Below, piece after piece: positions 39,230 to 51,477 of a stretch of DNA of 64,000 nt. How positions within the stretch are numbered: position 1 is the stretch's first letter; every line of letters starts with the position of its first letter. The DNA comes from Vicugna vicugna (lineage: Eukaryota). The translations under genes and the position numbers were made by a program. Under the pieces are notes generated by a model. That model ran no database searches, was not told where the DNA came from, and saw nothing but the letters and a program-made list of their open reading frames with translations. The stretch covers positions 148,563-212,562 of the forward strand of contig MU057597.1 of NCBI GenBank assembly GCA_013265495.1, read 5' to 3'.

Positions 39230-39935
39230 AGGTGGGGGAAAGGCTGACTACAAAGGGGAGGCCCGCGGGACAGAAGGACCGGCCTGAGGGCGCGAATGTA
39301 GAGTCCGGGAGGGAGGGGGTCTCAGAAGGGGACCGTGCGGCCCAGAATCCCAGGACCAGGGAGAGGACGCGGCCTGACGGGAGCGGAGCGGCCGGCGGCT
39401 CGGCCCAGGGTCGAGAGGGCGATGCTGGGGGCGCGCTTCCACTTCGCGGAAGAGGAAGCTACACGGGCGGGGGCGGAGGGACGGAGTAGAGGGTCCTGGG
39501 CAGGAAAATATCAGCAACGGCGGTGTCTCAGTGACCGAAAGCAGAAAAGCCAATGGCAGATACCGGCCTCAGAGCGGTTCCAGACCCAAAGGAAAAGATT
39601 CACGACCTGGAGCGGCGACCCCCGGACTTACGTGGCTGGGGGACCAGGTGCTGGGGCTGTAGATCCGCAGTGACTACCACACCCTAAAGACGGAGGGAGA
39701 GGGACAGCGCAGCACGATTTACATTAGAAAAGGGGAACTTACCGTCTGCTGCGACCTTCCCTCAGCGCCTTCCACCACCGGGTCCGTAAACATCTTCACA
39801 TCCGCCAAACGAGAGGCGGGACTTCCGGCGTCGGGCCGGTTAGCGCTACTGGCAGGGGCGGGGCGAAAGCGCAGCCAGGTTTGCACGGGGACCGGCTCGA
39901 GAAGGGGAAGGGGACTTGGGCGGGGGGAAGTGGAT
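39230..39935 (-). promoter_or_regulatory. Gene B CpG island, promoter and exon 1 (donor GTAAGT at 39742-39737)
   Basis: CpG-dense; ETS ACTTCCGG at ~39821; GC box at ~39855. The second ETS site is degenerate (ccaccaccgg). Confidence 0.85.
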
Positions 39936-39937
39936 GA

Positions 39938-40325
39938 TGTGTCAGTGGCCTTCAGGTGAGGTACGGCCGTGGGAAATAAGTACAGGGTCACAGCATGTTT
40001 GTACTATGCTGTAAATAATGACTGTAAGCATGCGTCGGTTATAGAAGTTTTAGAACAAAGGAAATAGAAGTACGCATGTGCTAGGGATATTCTATAAGCC
40101 TCAGGATGAAAGAAGCTTACACTGCGCATGTGCTGGCAGAAAATACAGAAACGCAGCATAGCTGCACCTTAGACTGCGCGCACCACCTTGTGGCCATAGA
40201 ATAAAGTGCTGTAAACTCCATGTGCACTCGGTGAATTCTGTTTTGTGGTATGGCAGGTCCTCGTGAATTTTTTCAGTTGGGCCGCTCACCTCCGCGTATC
40301 CCACTTCAGGCTCCCTCGGCTGACG
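39938..40325 (+). repeat. 5' LTR of the ERV-S-like provirus
   Basis: Starts TG exactly where homology to paralogous promoters ends; AATAAA at 40200-40205; ends just before the PBS. Confidence 0.7.
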
Positions 40326-40327
40326 CT

Positions 40328-40345
40328 TGGCACTGTGAACATGAT
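40328..40345 (+). other. Primer-binding site, tRNA-Ser(CGA)-like
   Basis: TGGCACTGTGAACATGAT matches 15/18 to TGGCGCTGTGAGCAGGAT, the complement of the mammalian tRNA-Ser(CGA) 3' end as I recall it. Confidence 0.7.
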
Positions 40346-41449
40346 GAGCCGAGTGCCCCTCTGAACCAGCTTCCCCGGACAGGAATCCTCAGATGAAATC
40401 TATGTGGCCCCCTACCTCTTTATAGTCCCTGGTGGCAGCCTATTTGCTGACGTGTGCTCAGCCTGAGGATTGGGACACAGTGGCACTCTGGCCAGATTAT
40501 GTCTGGAGGGCGCTGGAGTTGTAAGAAAATAATGTCCCACTAGCCCACCGAGAGGTAGCCAGGAAGGTGGCCTGGATGTTTTTGTCGCTTTTGCGCCATG
40601 CTAGCCAAGACGTGAGAGAATTGCCCATGCAAGTAGAGCAGTTACAGCGCAAGGAAGAGGAACTCGAGCGGAGACTCAGCCCAGCAGAAAGGTGACCACA
40701 TGGCCCTAGCTCCGCCGCCTCTGAGAGCTACTGTGTCTGTGCGGCTCCAGTCCCACCATCTGTGAGAGCGGTAAGCCAGACCCTTCCCCTCGTTCCACTG
40801 TGTCTTCAACCCATGGTGAGGCAGTGGGTGGAACTGGAGGAGCCCATGGCAAAGGGGGCACCTCCTTCTCCGGGACTGCAGTGACCGATGGGAAAAACAA
40901 ACTACATGTCTTCTACCTCAGTGGAATTGCGAGACCTGGCAAAGCAATGCAAGCAGCTTATGGGTTACTCACTCCCTGCATGGCTACTGCCCATTTAGGA
41001 CTACGGCAGCACTAATACCGCTGTATCTAGACCGCCCCATACATGAAGTAACTGAGGCTCTAGCTCGTCTGGGGGATGTAGGGGTGCGCTGAAAGGGGGT
41101 GTGCACTGCCAAGACTCAAGGTGAGTCCAAGACCTCCTACCATGCAGTGACTTAGAAAGGGAAGTTCACACAGAGGAGGAAAATGGGGAATGCTCCAACT
41201 TTGGTAGGGCCCCAAAACCTAGCACGCCGGCAGATATGATGTGATTTACTGGCGGCTGGCTTCAACCATGTAAAATTACATGCCCAGGCTTTGGAGGTGC
41301 TAATAGCCTTATGGAAAAAATTTACAGCCTGAGCAACAATATACACCGTTGCCAACTGCCCATCAGGACTGAGAGTTAGCCTAGCTAATTTCCTACCAGA
41401 CTAGGAGGAAGGCCAGAGTGTTTGGGACATGAGGCACCCCAACGACCTG

Positions 41450-44280
41450 AGGCCATATGTTAAACTGTCTTTCCACTGGTAACCCATAAATCAACAGCGA
41501 GTACTGGCACAAGGAGACACAGGAGCTGAAATTACATTAGTACATGGAAATCCAGAGCATTTTCGGGGACTGTGGATTCATATAGAAGGATATGGAAACA
41601 ACCAAATGAGCCTTAAACCAGTGATTCTGAATTTGGGCATTGGTCGTCTGCCCGCTGCTGCATATGAAGTGCATATATCCCCAGTAGCTGAATATATTCT
41701 GGGAAGAGGCATTTTGCAAGGATTACAAATACAGACAACTCAAGGGGAATTTTGCCTGAGAGTTCGCGTGGTGAAAACAGTTATCCAGGGGCATCCTCAT
41801 CACACACCTATGATTTTGCCACAGGCCACACGAGTGGTGAATGTCCGGCAATGTCGATTGATCGGAGGCAATGAGGAAATAGGATAGAGTATTCTGAAGC
41901 TTGAGGAAGCCGGTTTTATTTGGGCGACCCATAGCCCGTGTAACTCTCCGCTGTGGCTAAGCCTGAAGGCTCCTGGAGGATGACAGTGGACTATTGGGAA
42001 CTGCATAAATTCACTCCACGCATGCACACAGCTGTGCCAAATATAACAGATTTGCTGGACCGGATGTCCCATGAATTGGGTACTTGTCACTATGTGGTTG
42101 ACTTGGCTAATGCATTCTTCTCTATAGATATAGCCCCTGAGAGCCAACAACAGTTTGCCTTACCTGGGAAGGCAGATAATGGACATTTGTTGTGTTGCCG
42201 CAGGGATGTCTGCACGGTCCCACACTGTGTCATGGTCTAGTGGCCTAAGACCTGGCTACATGGAGCAAACCAGATACTGTCCATTTGTTCCATTACATAG
42301 ATGACGTAATGCTAACCTCTGATTGGCTTTCAGAGTTGGAAGCCAGTGCCACAGCGCTGCGAGAAGCCTGGCGGGCTGGGGGTGGGCCATGAACGAGGAC
42401 AAAGTGCAAGGAGCTGGATATTCTGGCAAATTCTGGGGTGTTGTCTGGTTGCGTAAGACAAAAGTGCTGCCTGCAGCAGTAATAGACAAAATCCAGGCAT
42501 ATTCCCGCCCTGAAACAGTTAAACCATTACAGACTTATTTAGGCCTTTGGGAATACTGGTGGGTGTTTATTCGTCATTTGGCCCAGATAGCTAAACCCCG
42601 CTTTAATCTCATTAAGAAGGGAGAAGTCTGAAGTTGGTCTGATGAGATGGAATGTGCATTTGTTGAATCGAAGTGGGCCATGGCCCAAGCGAAAGTGCGG
42701 TACAGAATAGATCCAGACCTCCCTTTCTGGCTAACACTCCATGTGGACGATGATGGATATGGTTGGGGCTAAGGGCAAAAGCATGGGCAATGGAAAGTGC
42801 CCATAGGATTCTGGTCTCAGTTGTGGAAACAGTCTCAATATCGTTGTCCTTTAATTGAGAAACAATTTCTAGCAACTTACCCATCCTTAATAGCCACTGA
42901 ACCCCTGACGGGGAGGCAAGAGGTCCAAGTACAGACCACATACCCTGTTGCAGGATGGGCATAGACATGGGCAAAGCAACCCCGATCGGGAACTGCCCAG
43001 ACCCCAGCTGACGAAGTGGGGTGCTTATTTGGAACAGAGAGCCCAGTACACCGCTAGCCCCTTGGCTGCAGGTTTGTATCAGGTATTAAGACCTGTGAGA
43101 TTTGCTGTGCCTGCCGAACAGATGCTCCCATAAGGGGTGGACCCTGTGCCCAGTCCCTTTCATGAAGGGAAAGGGCCACCCCTGGGAACTGCTTGGTATA
43201 CAGATGGCTCTTGTAAGGGCAGCCCGCCCACTTGGGTTGCGGTAGCACTGCACCCTGCCACTGCAGCCTTCTGGTATGAGAAAGGAGAAGGCCAATCCAG
43301 CCAACGGGCTGAGTTACAGGCGCCGTGGATGGTGTTGATGAATGAACCTAGCCCCCTGCAGCTCTGCAAGGATAGTTGGGCTGTGTATCGAGGCCTCACA
43401 CTGTGGATACCCCAATGGGCCCTGCAAGACTGGATGATTGGGCAACGACCCCTGTGGGGACAACAGATGTGCAAACAGTTATGGACAATGCCCAAGAAGG
43501 TCAGTATACTGTTTACCATGTACCAGGGCACCGCCCAGCATTGGCACTGGGTGATGCTGCTGCTGACGCGCTAGCCAAACTCCAATCTGTACAGGCCATG
43601 GTCCCAGGACCCGACATAGGTCCCTGGCGCCGCGAGAAACTTGGCCATGTAGGCTCGTACACGATGAGGCAGGTAGCTGAATGGTGGGGCCTGCACCTGA
43701 GCCACAGTGAAGCCAAGGATGCCTTGCGGCAGTGCCCATGGTGTGCTAAGCACCACCCGCACTGGCAGCCATGGCCCCAACAGATGGGGAGGATTGCACA
43801 GGGAATTCAGCCATTGCAGGATGGCAAATAGATTGCATAGGCCCCTTTGCTCCTAGTATGGGCTTGCAGTACCTGCTGACAGCGGGGGACACTGCTACTG
43901 GCCTAGGTTTTGCTCAGCACGTGCCCCAAGCTACACAAGACACTACTAGTACAGCACTGGAAGTTTTACGGGCCTTTTATGGGACTCCCTCAGAAATACA
44001 AAGTGACAGAGGGACCCCTTTCACTGCCCAACAGACCCAGGAGTGGGCCAAGGAAAATGATATTAACTGGACATTGCATGTGCCTTACCATCTCCAAGCA
44101 GCAGGAATGGTTGAACGGTACAATCACCCATTAGAGGACAAACTGAGGGCTCTCCAACCACAAGGGCGAGGCTGGAACAGTGTCTTGCCACAGGCGGCAG
44201 GTCTTTTGAATGAACAACCTCGCCATACAGGTATGAGCCCACTGAAAAAGTTACTGCAAGGGACCATTCGGAGGCTCAGA
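41450..44280 (+). pseudogene. pol: Retroviral pro-pol, disrupted
   Basis: Ordered PR-RT-RH-IN motifs split across ORFs 41606, 41953, 42323, 43137, 43376 and 43771. Confidence 0.9.
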
Positions 44281-44689
44281 GTTGGGCCCGTGCAGGATGC
44301 CTGCAATGTCTCAATAATGGCGCATGTCTCAATACTATGCGCCCCCAGGGTGTTGAACTCGGGACCACAGGACACCTGGACATGGAAGAATCAGGTCCAG
44401 ACTGAAGGCCCCTGGCTAGCCCTGTTGCAGCCATGGGGCGACGGGCTATAGAAAGCCCTGCAGGTAACCCCACGTGTGGGGAATGGCCTCTTAATATACA
44501 GGTCACCCTAGGGAAACAAGAGTGTCCCTACTTAAAGGAGCAGGAGCCCTAAGGCTTTGGGCAATTCCAGCAATAGCTCCTGAAGCGCTTCCAGAGTGTA
44601 ACCAACCCAGTGTGTGCAGGTTGCTGTGATACCACCGCCTGGGCGAACAGTCCTTCCCGCCAGTGTGCTCTCACATTAGAAAGTGGCTT

Positions 44690-45110
44690 GCATCCTCCCA
44701 GAAGGGAGAGTTGACAATCATGGTGTCCACCTCTGGTCTGTCCTTCCGTCCAGGGTAACAGCAAATTCCATGTTCTCCTGGGCACATAGAGTTGTGCAAG
44801 TCCACGTCTCTCACTTTTCGGTCTGTGCTGAACTTCCTGTAGACGCAGGAGATGGACTGCCGTGGCCCCTCCACCCCGCGTCCAGAGCTAATCGGAGCAC
44901 CTTGGTTCATTGGAACGCCAACAGGACAGCGAGATCATCCTGAGACTTGCGGCTACAGTATTTAAAACACACTCTGACGTAAGCATGACAATGACCCCCC
45001 CCTTAATTAGAAGGACCTTATGAAATGTGTGGGGATCGATGAACAATGTTCATGTAAAAGTGAGAAATTCAAGCTGGAGGCGCAAGTTCACCTCATGGAA
45101 GAGGACGTTA
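44690..45110 (+). pseudogene. env: Truncated env N-terminus
   Basis: NSMFSWA...FSVCAELP...GLPW resembles the CWxC...LPW region of ERV surface proteins; it lies downstream of IN. Confidence 0.5.
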
Positions 45111-47636
45111 TATTTTCTGAATCACGTATTTTTTTATTTGCTTAAAGAGACTACTTTGCCCAATTTACATATTTAGCTTGGATTTCTTCACTTTACTTCA
45201 GTGGAAAACCTAGAGGATGTATAAACCAAGGGCTTGTCTTCAGATTTGTGTGGCATGGAAACTTATATAGAGGAACGACAGGTGCAAAATTCGAGTTTTA
45301 TAACCATATAGATACAACATTCTCAGATTTTCAGCGTCACTGAGAGTTGCAATGATACAACGTTCAAAATGGGGGAGCAAGAGACTTGTTGCTAAGGTGC
45401 AGGTGCATCACTAGGACTCTGGAAACAAAACGTGTTAATTGCACCTTAAAATGCATCTCTCCAGTTCCTCCCCATCATGCCATTGTGTCTACCGTCATGT
45501 CTTCCTTCCATTCCTACAACAGCACTATTACCTGAATTCAAAATGCAGATAACAGCCAGTGCTTCTTTGATTGCATAACTTGCACACAGTAGGAGGCACC
45601 ATTTTCATATGTACAATATAGTGTGATTTAGTATGTTTGCAAGTTGTCCAACGACAATATTATCATCATACATGACTACCTCTTAAAGAAAATGTTCAGC
45701 AACATTGAATGAATTGATAAAATGACACAATAAATTACTATAGAGACATTATGTTATTTATATGTATTTAGTAATAAGGGAAGCTTGATTTTCGAACACC
45801 TGACTACAGCCAACTCCCATAAAGATTTCACATCACCATTTTGTGATTCCAGTGCTTTCACTTAAGTGAAGTTCCAAGGTAAATCTTTCTTCATGTTTAT
45901 AATGCACCTTCCTTCTACAAGTCATTTCCATGTGAGCATTATCATGTCACAAGACACCCAAAATAACTCACTTATTTATATACTTCCCTGTTGTAAAATA
46001 AAGGAAAAACAAAAGTAAGAGAAAAAAATGCTAAGAAAAATTTTATAAACATATTTTATTCCAATAGAAAATTAACTAAGTAACATATCGTCTGATTCCC
46101 TAATTTGAAATTCAAATTTTAATGAACTTTTGATAATTGCTTCTTTAGTACACTGCTTATATTATATACAAAACATTCCCAGATACTAATTTTTAGCAAC
46201 TTAGAGTAAAAGCCTTAGGTGATGTATCTAAGGAAGATTTTTCTCAAGCATTTGAAACAACTGTATTGAACAATGGGATGTTTCTCTACTTAGAAGGATT
46301 AAACCTCACCACAACCTCTTCCTACTTGGCCTGTGTGATCAAGATGACAAAACAGTCTGAAGGCTTCCTCTTTTGAGCAGTTTTAACCAACTGGAACTTC
46401 AAACCCTAAGTGGGTATGCTCCCCTAAGCCCCCACCTAGCAATCACATTAACACACCAAGACAGTCACCATTCCTTGTTTCTTCATATCATTTCTGGAAC
46501 AACTTGAAACTCTCCCCTGGCCCACTAAATATCTGAATTATAGAACATTCTCATAACACTTGAACATTAATATCACTCTGAATGACCCAACCTTTGGCTG
46601 GAGATCCGTCTTAATCCACTCAATGGCCACAAAAGCAAATTAGCAACAACAAATGTTTTTGCATCATACACAAAATTCCTAGCTGATCTATCAAACAAAA
46701 ATTTCCCAGTGTACCTGGTTCATTTTTATAAAAAAACTCAGGAATATTTTTCCTCTCTAATTATTGTACTCAGTTGGCCAAGGACAAAAGTGAAATTGGA
46801 GAAGTTTTAAAATTTCTAGTATTTTTCATATGCTTACTGTATTCCTATTTTCCCTGCATGTAAGTTTAGATGCATGTCATAAGACTGATTTTGGTGGGAA
46901 TAAAACCCCAGGGAAAGTATATTCATATACTGAATATTCAGGACTAAGGAGCAGCATTTAGGGAGTATTTAAAAACAAAAAACAAACAAACAAAAAACCC
47001 GAAACAGTCGCAAGGCGGAGTCACTTACCCACGAGACAGCAAAGCAAGGCTTAATTCTAGTTTCACCCCTCGAAGTAACACGACAGTAAACGAATCAATG
47101 TCACATGTCCTGAAAGCCACTGAGGTAACCTACAAGGTAAGATTTCTGTCCTTCCCCTAAACAAGGTAGCCTTGCCTGAGAGAACCTTTCCCTTTACCAA
47201 TAACTTTCTACCCCACCCAGTTTATGCTTGAAAAGGCTTTCTATAGCGTACAGCTCCTTGGAGCACCACCTTATTTAGAAGCTGGGAAGCAGCCCAATTC
47301 ACAAATCATGCAATAAAACCAACTAGATCTTTAAATGCACTCTCTTCAATTTTTGCACATTAGTCAGAGTCTGAAATAAACTGCTCTGCCACTCAGGCTC
47401 CTTTGATTAACTTTTCTCTAATGGTAACTGCTCTCCCCTCAATTTCCAAAAGTAAGATGAACTTTTCACTAAACAGAGATATCTACAACACCTACTCTGA
47501 TGCGATGGAGAAAGTGACCAGCTTTCCTGAAGCCTTGTTCCCACCACGTAATGGGTCACGCTCCTCCTGTGAAAGAACCAGTCCCTGGATGCCCTGCTGC
47601 TCTGCTCATGGGTGGGGGGAGAGCTTTCTATGCTGT

Positions 47637-48467
47637 TCTGTCCAGTATGGACTACCTGGTGACTGGTGAGAGGTGAAACCCAAGTAAGGACTTTTCCCAT
47701 TCACGGCCTCTGTGATCTCCAGAATGACTTCTCTGGTGAATGAATCCCCTGTCTACAGGCCTGGTCACACAAAACCCATGTATCTGATTGCCCTCCAGGA
47801 CGGCTGTTCCAATGAAGCTTAAGATGTGCACACCTGCTAAAACCCTTACTTAACGTTCCTCACCAATAGGGATTCTCTGGCTCTAAGTTAGGATTCAAAG
47901 AACAATGAAGGATTTGCCACACACATTATATTTGCAAACTTCCTCTTTAATAGGATTTCATGGTGGATCTTTTTAAATTGAAGCACAGCTGACTTACAAT
48001 ATTGCTGGTTGACTCTGAGTTATGAATTTTGACTGAAGACACTGAGACATTCATTGCATTTCCCTGATTTGTCCAGGATGGATTTTCTAACGGTAAGTGA
48101 GGCTTTTCCACATTCATAGCACGTCCATCATTTCTCCCCACAATGAATCGCCTATGAATTTAAAGTGTCGATTTTGAATGATGACCTTCGCACATATACC
48201 ATATTGATACGGTTTCTGCTGTGTATCTACTCCCTGAGGCGTAGTCAGAGTTGAGATGTGAGGAAAGGCTTTTCAACACTAGTTACTGTTGAAAGGTTTC
48301 TCACTATGAATACTCCGATGCCTTGCACGTTGTGAATATCAAACAAAGCATTTCCCACATACATCACATTGTTATGGTTTTTCTCGTGACTGCACTAGTT
48401 GATGTTCTGTAAGGTGTGAGGCCTGATGTAAGTTTCTGAAACCCTTATTATGTTGATAAGGTCTCTG
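47637..48467 (-). pseudogene. Vestigial C2H2 fingers downstream of the gene C stop
   Basis: Homologous to 26622-27450; the distal part is deleted relative to unit B. Confidence 0.8.
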
Positions 48468-49960
48468 TCAAGAATGAATTCTCTGATGACTTTTAAGGTT
48501 TCTTTTTGTACTAAAAACATTGCTGCACACATTACATTTGTAAGGTATCTCTTTCGTATGAATTCTCTGATGTTTTGCAACCTCTCCTTTGCGACGAAAG
48601 GCCCTGCCACACTCATTACATTTATAAGGTCTGTCTGCAGTATGAATTCCATGATGAATTCTGAGGGTTGATTTACACCTGAAGACCTTGCCACACTCAC
48701 TACATTGGTAAGGCTTCTCTCCACTATGAATTCTCAGATGGTTTGCAAACACTCCTTTGAGACGAAAGGCCCTGCCACACTCACTACATTTATAAGGTCT
48801 CTCTTCAGTATGAATTCCGTGGTGACTTCTAAGGGTTGATTTACAGCTGAAGACCTTGCCACACTCACTACATTGATAAGGTTTCTCTCCAGTATGAATT
48901 GTCTGATGACTTTGAAGGGTTGATTTATAGCGAAAGACCTTGCCACACTCATTACATTTAAAACGTTTCTCCCCAGTATGAATTCTATAATGAACTACAA
49001 GGTATGAATTTTGAGCAAAGGCTTTTCCACAGACGTCACACTTATATGGTCTTTCTCCTGAATGGATGACTTGATGTTGCCTGAAATGTGATCTCTCACG
49101 AAAGCTTTTGCCACACTCAGTGCATTTATAAGGTCTCTCTTCAGAATGACTCCTATAATGCTTTGCAAGATTTCCTCTGTGATTAAATACCTTGCCACAC
49201 TCATTACATTTGTAAGGTTTCTCTCCAGTATGAATTCTCTCGTGCCTCCGAAGTGTGTCTTTATGATTAAAGAGCTTGCCACAGAAATTACATTTGTAAG
49301 GTCTCTCACCAGTATGAATTCTCTGATGTCTTACAAGTTTTGAATGAAAAGGAAAGACTTTCCCACATACATCACATTTATCTAACTTCTCCTTCGTATG
49401 GATGATCTGGTGTGTACTGAGGTATGACCCTTGGAGAAGAGCTTTGCCACTCTGGGTACTTTTGTACAGTCTTTCGCTGTGTGTCTTAAGGTCTTGTGTC
49501 AGTACTAAAGGATGCATAAAATCACTCCCATCTATTTCAGAAATGTTGGTTTGGACACTAGAAGAATTTCCTAGAAGTTGTGAAAATGAGGCACTACTGT
49601 TGCCTGTCTTGTCAGCTTCATTAAATAAATCAATTTTCTCTTCACTTTTAAAAATATGCAGTTCATTCTGAAAGCTTAATGCAAGTCTGTTTCCCATGGG
49701 CTTGGTTCCTGCACCACTTGTGCCACGTTGGTCTCTCTCTTCACGGAGATTTCCACTACTGTTTACAGACGTTCCTTTGTAATTTCTTTCCTCACCTCTC
49801 TGCTGAGAGTCACTGTCATATGAATTTTCCTGGATGCTCCTGGGGTCAAAATGTTTTCTTTCAGTCCTTTCATGTCTTTCTGTCATCGCTGTTTGGAGTA
49901 ATTTTTTATCCATATTTGCCTTCACTTGTAATTTCTTGATCACAAGTATATGAGACATAT
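48468..49960 (-). CDS. KZFP gene C terminal exon: spacer, 1 degenerate + 11 intact C2H2 fingers (spliced product ~543 aa)
   Basis: TTATAG|AT acceptor at 49962-49961; 496-aa ORF; TGA at 48470-48468. Exons of 12+127+1493 nt give 544 codons in frame. Confidence 0.95.
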
Positions 49961-50675
49961 CTATAAAGAACCATAAGTACCCTATTCATTAAATTCATCA
50001 GTAAATGTTTAACATTAAATACATGACAGTACACTAAAACTAGTACTTCTACCAGAGTTATGAACCTCCCCAGCATGATCTTATAAATGTTAGGAACACA
50101 CAAAAAAATAAAATTCTTTATCGAAAACAAAGTGATCAAAGGTAATTCTTGTAATTTTAGGACAGCCTACTTTCAAACAACCTATGACAAAAAGACACAA
50201 ATGAAACAAAGTTCTTTTTCCTATGAATGAATGTATTTTATCATAACTCAAAAGCACATGCCAATTAACACTACATACTGCTGTTTCATAATTAAGGATG
50301 AAACTATTATGCTAAACAGATTTACCATACTTAGTTTAAAGGAAGAAATACAAAGGAACAGAAAATAGCCTGTGAAAGCACATAATTTAAATCTAGTGTA
50401 TGTAACTAATACCTGAAATTCGTGGCAGTTTAGAATAGGGAAACAAATTCAGTAGAGAAAAAGTTAAGAATTTCACAAACAAATTAAAAATAAAATTTTT
50501 TTCTAAATACTACCTGAGAAAGAAAATACACCCATAAGTTGGGGAGATGAAATATTTCCTTCAAGAGTTTTCAACAAAAATAAACTTCTGTTTGCCCAAA
50601 GAACTCTCCACTGTGAAAAGAGGACCCCAAACACTATTAATGCTGTGGCTTCCTCTCTGCCCTCTGAGGGCTGAC

Positions 50676-50822
50676 CTGTGCACACATTTCTCTAACATTC
50701 TGACCCACTCGGGTATTTGTTTGTTTTGTTTTTTTGCTATTTTCAAATCACATCCCATAGTTTAGGGCTCTTTGCTATTCTTCCCCAAAATGGAGATAAT
50801 ATTCAGAGCAGAAAAAGAAACC
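50676..50822 (-). pseudogene. Decayed KRAB-B-like exon of gene C
   Basis: KEP*TMGCDLKIA...EWVR...; same TAA (50764-50762) as in gene B. Confidence 0.7.
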
Positions 50823-51198
50823 CTTGCCTATCCGAAGGAAGAAATGCAAAATGCTGTATCTTGTCCAGAATCACAACTCTCTTGTTTAGCTGAGGAGTGA
50901 GGACTCTTCAGATGTGTCTAGGAAAATGTTTGATAACTTCCCACCACACGCCTCCTGAATATATAAAGAACAGTGTGGTATGCAGATATCTAGCTCTCCT
51001 CCTAACAATACAGAGTGAAGAGTCAAGGTAGAAGGTAGAAGACAGGAAACTGGGAATTCTTTCAGTTTGCCACTGAGCTTTATTTATAATTCAGCCCTGG
51101 AACAACCCCTCATATAACATGAAATGGGCGGATCATCTGAAGAAAGAGTCAGTTTAAAGTCACTGTACTATGTCATGACTGAGACAACAGTACCTTCA

Positions 51199-51477
<279 letters not shown>

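Larger units (their letters stand above)
39938..45110 (+). mobile_element. Defective class III endogenous retrovirus, ERV-S/HERVL18-like: 5' LTR, PBS, gag, pro, RT, RNase H, IN, partial env; no 3' LTR
   Basis: Protease DTGA (41516-41527); [20 protein letters not shown] and YIDD (42294-42305); RNase H AWYTDGS and SSQRAEL; integrase WQID.IGP, SDRGTPF and VERYN. Multiple stops and frameshifts. Confidence 0.9.

Noticed and set aside
39684..39742. Apparent GT-AG mini-intron with branch point after exon 1
   Set aside because: Only 59 nt, shorter than typical minimal mammalian introns; the donor more likely splices to exon 2.
43771..44451. 226-aa integrase ORF as a domesticated gene
   Set aside because: The zinc-binding N-terminus is in another frame and the rest of pol is disrupted, which is consistent with neutral decay.
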